Assembly: GCA_937899865.1 (NCBI GenBank)
Contig: CALBRH010000003.1
Coordinates: 1 to 29,324 of the forward strand
From: an uncultured euryarchaeote
GTDB taxonomy: Archaea > Thermoplasmatota > Poseidoniia > Poseidoniales > Poseidoniaceae
DNA length: 29,324 nt
Reading direction: 5' to 3'
Made by a program: the position numbers and the translations under genes. Under the pieces are notes generated by a model. The model had not been told where the DNA came from and did no database searches. It saw only the letters and a program-made list of their open reading frames with translations. Below, piece after piece: positions 8,901 through 14,280 of the stretch; position 1 is the stretch's first letter; each line of letters starts with the position of its first letter.

Positions 8901-9021
8901 CATCACAACCTGGGACATTGATGAGTTCATCAGCAATTTTTTCTGCGTCCTCTTCAGTCAATCCCATACATCCGGCCATAATCATTGAGCTCACTATTAG
9001 CATAGCTAGTATCTTTCTCAT
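5902..9021 (-). CDS. His/Asp-rich Ca/metal-binding surface lipoprotein with EF-hand loops, LDLa-like modules and a PGF-CTERM sorting signal
   Basis: N-terminal MRKILAMLIVSSMIMAG-C (lipobox-like Cys18), multiple DxDxDGxLxxxE loops and DHGD repeats. The C-terminus is TPGFGAIAGIVALLGAALLARRD. Confidence 0.85.
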   Translation of the reverse strand: MRKILAMLIVSSMIMAGCMGLTEEDAEKIADELINVPGCDDESAYNYDENATNSEACLTEMVLRDSVAAFILLVDQGPEWGETMGMVTEGSDTDEDGETSSFTSTIAVSPDGAYMKMEMDMGMMTIEIGELMTQNSDGTTNIQTNWMGTEFQMNSASVFADHWNEESFLEDDDDDHGDDGDHSEEMVCYDISTHTVNDAYTNQVDCEAAGLMWTAADSGPGGDGGDHGDDGDHGDDGDHGDDGDHGDDGDHGDDGDHGDHGDDGDHDDHGDDMDGEMDLGLPDTEVEIPEDFDPATALFEAGLATSSGYSFSTTSTDDDGYTYTMTFTISPALEVTSFVLVESHTDGWSSEASITILDADAAGALLVDDETLIVHALPFVVEPMDPPHGDDGDHDGHDHGDHDGHDDGDHGDHDDHGDHDDHGDHDDHGDHDDHGDHGDHDDHDDHDDFELPSESDMFDMLDEDGDGLLTLDEVINGLENMDENIPTPEQVIEDGDADESDGISWEEFVELWNSYEDEDDPEDNHLNNSPALEADFHDAFNNSDDDDSGELTLDELQDFIDLVSELSSDDHDHDRNFVCSSTVGGEPDMEVAFELVNDGTEDCGDGADEPQDMDTTVDSDEDGIADNDVDNWFDCYNGDDIAMNLVNDGNEDCSMGEDEHDSEPWMMFDDCTDMSSSSPDGGSMWECFVDMDDDGTLTSEESMGMWYVCEMITMVDGDMWFCEPPHDEDRTEDIIGFYFDAADDDGDGMLSSDEFSLMYSIFDMEGADASVMLAVMDSDGDGEVSASEYSDFMNATAGEDTIEGTDWEDFEMLIVMWDDDDSGGLSADELQALYDSGDDDDDHDDHGDMVCYDMSTHSVDHSYTTEEDCEDAGMMWTSASSGGDHGDHGDHDGHDMHAVFDWNIRTTDMMMTDGVEGDFADYHIVLSLCMMDEEGSDDMMGMDGSMTCGDDVMKVSMAEASAPGADIMFHDADSSGTISDGDMVHINPEIDAGGDWNTVRLYSASADKYSDENPMMTPGFGAIAGIVALLGAALLARRD
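7679..7860 (-). repeat. Intragenic imperfect tandem repeat, ~18-bp period, encoding (DHGDHD)n
   Basis: Recurring catggtcatcatgatctc / catggtcatcgtggtcgc units on the + strand. Confidence 0.9.
8206..8361 (-). repeat. Intragenic imperfect tandem repeat, ~18-bp period, encoding (DHGDDG)n
   Basis: Recurring ccatcatcgccatggtc[a/t] / ccatcgtc[a/t]ccgtg units on the + strand. Confidence 0.9.
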
Positions 9022-9043
9022 GAACTCATCTAAAGTACAGTGG

Positions 9044-9051
9044 TTTATAAA
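9044..9051 (-). promoter_or_regulatory. Candidate TATA box (TTTATAAA) for the lipoprotein gene, implying a near-leaderless mRNA
   Basis: Palindromic TTTATAAA lies 23-30 nt upstream of the ATG at 9021, which is canonical archaeal spacing. Confidence 0.55.
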
Positions 9052-9121
9052 TCAATGCGAGGGTATAAATTACGGCTTTCAACCGTGTAATTCAAAAAGA
9101 AAATGCACCAGCCCCGCATAT

Positions 9122-9197
9122 AGTCCCTTAGTGTAGCGGTCCATCATGGAGGATTCTGGTTCCTCCGACCTCGGTTCAAATCCGGGAGGGACTACCA
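9122..9197 (+). tRNA. tRNA-Gln(CTG), intronless, CCA encoded
   Basis: Acceptor stem AGTCCCT/AGGGACT with the archaeal Gln-type A1-U72 pair. Anticodon stem GAGGA/TCCTC with loop TT-CTG-GT. T arm CTCGG-TTCAAAT-CCGGG. Discriminator A followed by CCA. Confidence 0.97.
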
Positions 9198-9201
9198 AAA
9201 T

Positions 9202-10161
9202 TCACTCAAATTCACTGTACTTTTTCGATAAGTCATCCGCAGTACCAATAGTGAATCCAGTTACCATTTGGATAGCAGAGCCATACTTTATCATACCAGA
9301 ATATTCTTGGATTTTGCCAAAGATAGACACTCTTAAGCGATACTTGGTATTCTTTTTAGTGCCACGTTTCCTATGATATTTGTAGAAATGGACTCCAACC
9401 TTGTAAGTTCCTTTAGGAGGATTTTTGGTCCAAACTACATTCTCGACAGGATTGTTACTAACCGGTTTGACATTCATATCAACGTCAAGTTCTCCACCAC
9501 ATTCACTTTCTTTATTGTTGAAATATATTCTTTCACCAGATGGACAGAATAAGTGTAGGTCAAGGTCATTGTAATCATCCCATGCAAGAGATACTTGTAC
9601 TGCACCAGATTTTCCACCTTCTCTCTCAAGACGCTTATCCAAATCATCATTTTCAGGTGGAGACTCTTCAACAATTATTCCAGCTCCTACCATTTCAGTT
9701 TCAACCAAAGTAGCATGCTCTTCTAAATTATCTTCATTTTCAACTATCCATTCAGCCCTTGCATCGAGATTCATTATCCGATCTTCTTCGGTAAATTCTT
9801 CATTTTCTTCCTCTTCTAATTCAGGCAGTTCGCTAATAATATCTTCAAGAATAAGTCTTAATTCCATTATATTGGCGTCTCGATGTTCATCTCTTTCTTG
9901 CCATTTATCGTATTCTTTTTCCGAAAGTTCCTCAATTTGTACAGTTCTTTCCACAGGGGGATGGTCATCTACATTAGTGTCATCAGATGGTATGACAGTT
10001 CTTGAAGCAGTTGGATTAATCAGAGGTGGCAAATCAGGAGCATACTTCTTTCTTCTTGCCTCTCTAAGCAACCTTAGATTGCGGCGCTTATTTAGCCTGT
10101 AACCACCGTATGCTAAGGCTGCAATTGACATCGCAATAGCACCTATTGCAAAAGGGCCCAT
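9202..10161 (-). CDS. Membrane-anchored protein with acidic linker and C-terminal YfaP/DUF2135-like domain
   Basis: N-terminal TM (FAIGAIAMSIAALAYGGY). The C-terminal pattern VSLAWDDYNDLDLHLFCPSG...GGELDVDMN...VENVVW...GTYKVGVHFY resembles DUF2135. Confidence 0.7.
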   Translation of the reverse strand: MGPFAIGAIAMSIAALAYGGYRLNKRRNLRLLREARRKKYAPDLPPLINPTASRTVIPSDDTNVDDHPPVERTVQIEELSEKEYDKWQERDEHRDANIMELRLILEDIISELPELEEEENEEFTEEDRIMNLDARAEWIVENEDNLEEHATLVETEMVGAGIIVEESPPENDDLDKRLEREGGKSGAVQVSLAWDDYNDLDLHLFCPSGERIYFNNKESECGGELDVDMNVKPVSNNPVENVVWTKNPPKGTYKVGVHFYKYHRKRGTKKNTKYRLRVSIFGKIQEYSGMIKYGSAIQMVTGFTIGTADDLSKKYSEFE

Positions 10162-10212
10162 GCAAGTTAGTAATCAGTACTCCTTTATTGCAGATTGGGT
10201 TTCTGGTCACAA

Positions 10213-11268
10213 TTAACTAAGAAAAGCCGAATTAATTTTGTCAAGCGTTGATTTACTTGGTCTTAATTCGTCATTGCTAACATCAATCAATGGCTTGTCA
10301 ACCAATCCCAAATCTTCTGATAAAGATGCTTTGGTACTGTCGAAGTACAGCAATCCAGTAACGTGTTTTGCATCGGATTCTGCCTCATGTAAAGCAGTTA
10401 ATGCAGCAACGGCATCGCTAGGATCATGTTCTTTAGAAATAGTCTCAAGTCTAATGGTAGAACCATCATGTAAGGTGATATCTCTAAAGTGTCCTTCAGG
10501 TACATCAACTTCGGTTATTGGGTTGAAATGAGGGATATAATCAGCCATATGCAGAGTAACTTCATTTTCCTTTACATATCCATAGGATTTCATTGATTCA
10601 TCGTTATTGTTGAAGGTTACACAAGGTGAAATTACATCGATTAAAGCGAACCCTTTGTGCGACATTGCTGCTTTTAAGATTGCATTTAATTGCTTCTTGG
10701 CGCCAGAGAATGAGCGAGCAACAAAGGTACAACCAAGATTTATCGCTAATGCACATAAGTCAATTGGTTGAGTTTCATTGATTGGTCCCTTTTTCTTCTT
10801 AGAGCCAATGTCAGCTGTTGCTGAATATTGTCCTTTAGTCAGTCCGTAAACACCATTGTTTTCTACAATATAGACCATGTCCATGTTTCTTCTAATGGCA
10901 TGAATCAATTGTCCAATACCAATTGAAGCCGAATCACCATCGCCAGAAACACCAATGTATAGTAAGTCCTTGTTAACTGCATACGCACCAGTGGTTACAG
11001 AAGGCATTCTACCGTGAACAGTATTGAATCCATGAGATTGTCCAAGGTAGTAAGCAGGAGTCTTGGAAGAGCAGCCAATACCCGACATCTTTGCTATTCG
11101 ATGAGGCTGAATACCATTTTCCCAAGCTGCATTGATGATGACATTGGAAATTTGGTCGTGACCACATCCAGGACATAGCGATGAAGGGCCACCTTTGTAA
11201 CTGTCTTTAGGCTCATTGATTACGTTGAGTTTAATCGGTTTCGCTGCACGTGCTGGTTTTTCACTCAT
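10213..11268 (-). CDS. korB: 2-oxoacid:ferredoxin oxidoreductase beta subunit (TPP-binding)
   Basis: Motifs CPGCGH, SGIGCSSK, GDGD...NNGVYGLTKGQ (TPP motif) and SPCVTFN. It overlaps the alpha gene by 4 nt (ATGA). Substrate specificity is not determinable from sequence. Confidence 0.92.
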   Translation of the reverse strand: MSEKPARAAKPIKLNVINEPKDSYKGGPSSLCPGCGHDQISNVIINAAWENGIQPHRIAKMSGIGCSSKTPAYYLGQSHGFNTVHGRMPSVTTGAYAVNKDLLYIGVSGDGDSASIGIGQLIHAIRRNMDMVYIVENNGVYGLTKGQYSATADIGSKKKKGPINETQPIDLCALAINLGCTFVARSFSGAKKQLNAILKAAMSHKGFALIDVISPCVTFNNNDESMKSYGYVKENEVTLHMADYIPHFNPITEVDVPEGHFRDITLHDGSTIRLETISKEHDPSDAVAALTALHEAESDAKHVTGLLYFDSTKASLSEDLGLVDKPLIDVSNDELRPSKSTLDKINSAFLS

Positions 11269-13052
11269 TGCTTCACCTCCTTCAAGGTTTCAATAATTAA
11301 ATCAGCGTAAATTTGTGCTTGTGGTGGCATTCCGTCAGAATATGCTACACTAAGCAACTTTGGCACCAACTCAATTGGTATCTCTTTTCTTAAGACTCCG
11401 TATAATTGTCCATCCCGATTTATTTCGAGAACAATAGTTTTGTCATGCCTTTCGATGAACTTCTCTATCTCACTATGGGCAGGAAGAGCTCTTAATCTGC
11501 ACTGACTAACTTTCAAGCCAGTTGATTCAAGGATATCATCAATTTCTTGGATGGTATTTTCCATACTTCCAAGGTAAATGATTCCAATTTCACACTCCTT
11601 TTCTTCTCTAAGAATTGGCGCAGGCAATTGGTCACGAGCACTATCGATTTTGTTTCTTAGTCTTGTCATCAATTGCAGATAATCATGAGGTTTTTCCGAG
11701 TATACTCCCATTGGGTTGTGACCAGTACCTCGGTATAAGATTGGAGCCATGCCTGAGCCAGGCAAGGTTCTGTAAGGTATTCCATCACCATCGACATCAA
11801 GATAGCGACCAAACTCTTCGAAGGCTTCGAAAACATCTTTTTCTCGTACCACTTTACCACGGTCCATCTCTTCAGTTGGATAGGTAAATCCTGAACATGC
11901 CCATCTATTCATGCCAAGATCCAAATCACTCATACCAAATACTGGAGTTTGGAATTTTTCAGTATAATCAAAAGCACGCCAGCCAAATTCGAAACATTCT
12001 TCAACAGTTCCAGGGAATAATACAATGTGTTGGGTGTCACCATGACTTCCTTCATACAACATTGTAATATCCGATTGTTGAGTTCTAGTTGGCAAACCAG
12101 TTGATGGGCCTACACGGCAGACATCCCAAAATACCGAAGGGATTTCAGCGAAGTAAGCAAGGCCAATGAATTCCTGCATGAGGGAGATTCCTGGTCCAGA
12201 AGTTGCAGTCATACCTCTGCCACCAGCCCAACCTGCTCCGAGCACCATGCCGGCTGCAGCAAGTTCATCTTCGGCTTGAATTACTGCGCAAGTTGCTTCA
12301 CCGTCATCGTTAGTTCTGATTTTTGGAATCCAAGATATTATGCCCTCGGCAAGAGATGATGAAGGTGTAATCGGGTACCATGATAGCAATTGAGCACCAC
12401 CAAACAGGGAGCCAAGTGCTACTGCTTCATTACCTTCAATAAAGAATTGAGGAGTTTCAATTTCCCTCGATTCAACATGATATGGGTCGTTTTTAGCCAA
12501 ATTATCTCTAAAGTATTCTCTTCCTAATTGTAAAGCATTAGTATTCAGTTCAATAGCTGATGCTTTGCCCTTGAATTGCTTTGCAACAGCCGATTCGAGC
12601 GCATTTTGTTCGATTCCAAGGATTTCTGCAAGAGCACCAACATAGACTATATTGGTAATCAATTTTGCAAGTTTTGGATTGATACCTCGTGCAATTTTAG
12701 TCATTGGAATAGGATAAGAAACAACATCATCTCGGTCCATTTCTAATTTGGAATTCTCATTCCAAACCACAACTGAGCCCGGCTCTAATGCTGCTAGATC
12801 CTCGACCCAAGTTGCAGGATTTACCAAAACCTGAATATTAGTTCGATTACCTGGTGCTTGATAACCATGGTCGGATAATCTAATGATGTACCAAGTTGGT
12901 AGTCCAGAGATATTAGAAGGGAACAGATTTTTCCCGCTGACAGGAACTCCCATGTCAAATAATGATTGAAGTAAAATCAGGTTTGCTGATTGTGAACCAG
13001 TTCCGTTTGCTGTTGCGATATTTATTGTGAAATCATTGACAATGCTTTCCAT
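11265..13052 (-). CDS. korA: 2-oxoacid:acceptor oxidoreductase alpha subunit (gamma-alpha fusion)
   Basis: Motifs NGTGSQSAN, WYPITPSS, QAEDELAA, TATSGPG and GPSTGLPTRTQQSD. Start at ATG 13052 (MESIVNDF) is supported by AGGAGA at 13062-13067. Confidence 0.92.
   Translation of the reverse strand: MESIVNDFTINIATANGTGSQSANLILLQSLFDMGVPVSGKNLFPSNISGLPTWYIIRLSDHGYQAPGNRTNIQVLVNPATWVEDLAALEPGSVVVWNENSKLEMDRDDVVSYPIPMTKIARGINPKLAKLITNIVYVGALAEILGIEQNALESAVAKQFKGKASAIELNTNALQLGREYFRDNLAKNDPYHVESREIETPQFFIEGNEAVALGSLFGGAQLLSWYPITPSSSLAEGIISWIPKIRTNDDGEATCAVIQAEDELAAAGMVLGAGWAGGRGMTATSGPGISLMQEFIGLAYFAEIPSVFWDVCRVGPSTGLPTRTQQSDITMLYEGSHGDTQHIVLFPGTVEECFEFGWRAFDYTEKFQTPVFGMSDLDLGMNRWACSGFTYPTEEMDRGKVVREKDVFEAFEEFGRYLDVDGDGIPYRTLPGSGMAPILYRGTGHNPMGVYSEKPHDYLQLMTRLRNKIDSARDQLPAPILREEKECEIGIIYLGSMENTIQEIDDILESTGLKVSQCRLRALPAHSEIEKFIERHDKTIVLEINRDGQLYGVLRKEIPIELVPKLLSVAYSDGMPPQAQIYADLIIETLKEVKQ
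11273..11280 (-). promoter_or_regulatory. Shine-Dalgarno site GGAGGTGA for the beta subunit
   Basis: + strand tcacctcc, 4 nt from the ATG at 11268, inside the 3' end of the alpha gene. Confidence 0.75.
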
Positions 13053-13198
13053 CGGATTAAATCTCCTAGAGCAGTTTCCCCCGCCCTTAGCCTTGGGGGT
13101 TGGCATACACTCTTTGAATATGTTGTTTGAAAAACAACTAAATTTATGGTAATTTTTTGATAGTGAAACTCAAAACTACTTGCATACTCGGGTGCTCA

Positions 13199-14224
13199 AT
13201 GGCAGCCGAAGATTTTGACAAAAAGTGGGAAAAAGCCGAAAAAATGCTTGCTAAAGGTAATGCAGAGGGGTGTCTTGATTTACTTAGAGAAATGGATGCA
13301 AGTGGTGAGAAGGCCACAACGTTACGAATTGCCGGTGAAGCTACTTGGGCAATCGCCAAGAAGAAAGATTCACGTTCTGAATATCGTAAGGCTGCATCAC
13401 TCTTGAGGGATGCGGTAAAGAAAGCCCCTCGAGATAAGACCAGCAATTCTGCTTACAACGAATTGCTCAATGAAATGCAAGAAAAGCGCATCAAAGAAAC
13501 AACAATGCCTCGGTTAATCAATGATGGAACTCCAACTCTAGCCGGTATTGGGGCTCTTATTGGCGCCATTACAGTGGCTCTATTGCTCCTAAAGGCTGCA
13601 ACATATACTCCGCCGACAGATTTGCCAACCGAGGCAAAGATGCGATTGACATGGACAGATGCAAATGGTTTGTTCAAAGATGAGGTGATCACCATCGATT
13701 TGGCGCCTGAAAGTGCACCTATTCATGTTGAAAATTTCCACCTTCTTGCGGCAGATGGAATGTATGACAACACCCAATTTCATCGAATTATCAATGATTT
13801 CATGATTCAAGGTGGCGACTTCCAATTTGGTAATGGTCAAGGAGGTTATTCTGCTAAATGGTATGGCTACTGTGATGGTGAAGCGATGGATAACGCTGCA
13901 GATTGTGCCGGAGGACAAACCTTCTATACAATCCCCGATGAAGCAGATAATGGTTTAATCCATAACCCTTGTACAATCTCGATGGCCAAGAAACCTCCTG
14001 CCCACACTGGAAGTAGCCAATTCTTCCTTATTCCTGAAGACAGTACGCCAGATTGGTTAGATGGAGTTCACACGGTGTTTGGCGATATTAGTGATGGTTG
14101 CGAGCATGTAACCTCAATTAGCGAGATTGAGACGGGCCCAAATGATGTTCCAAACAACCCTGTAACCTTAGTCAGTGTGACTACCAATGGTGGAGAAGAC
14201 ACACCATGGTGGTACTTCTGGTGA
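13199..14224 (+). CDS. Cyclophilin-type peptidyl-prolyl isomerase with N-terminal TPR-like helices and a central TM helix
   Basis: Cyclophilin motifs APIHVENF, FHRIINDFMIQGGD, ISMA, GSSQFF and WLDGVHTVFG. TM LAGIGALIGAITVALLLL. ATG 13199 is preferred over 13157. Confidence 0.88.
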   Translation: MAAEDFDKKWEKAEKMLAKGNAEGCLDLLREMDASGEKATTLRIAGEATWAIAKKKDSRSEYRKAASLLRDAVKKAPRDKTSNSAYNELLNEMQEKRIKETTMPRLINDGTPTLAGIGALIGAITVALLLLKAATYTPPTDLPTEAKMRLTWTDANGLFKDEVITIDLAPESAPIHVENFHLLAADGMYDNTQFHRIINDFMIQGGDFQFGNGQGGYSAKWYGYCDGEAMDNAADCAGGQTFYTIPDEADNGLIHNPCTISMAKKPPAHTGSSQFFLIPEDSTPDWLDGVHTVFGDISDGCEHVTSISEIETGPNDVPNNPVTLVSVTTNGGEDTPWWYFW

Positions 14225-14280
14225 GTCAAGATTTAACTTGAAGCGTTTCATTGATAGATGTCTTTGATTTCGCTGTAGTC

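Noticed and set aside
9122-9210. tRNA-Gln as the attachment site of an integrated element
   Set aside because: No integrase or transposase in the window, no duplicate of the tRNA 3' end noticed, and core genes (korAB) lie about 1 kb downstream.
9146-9376. 76-aa ORF starting inside the tRNA
   Set aside because: It overlaps a well-formed tRNA and runs antisense to a supported CDS.
13053-13106. 18-aa N-terminal extension of KorA in the ORF track
   Set aside because: Family similarity begins at MESIVNDF and an AGGAGA SD precedes ATG 13052. The extension is more likely leader sequence.
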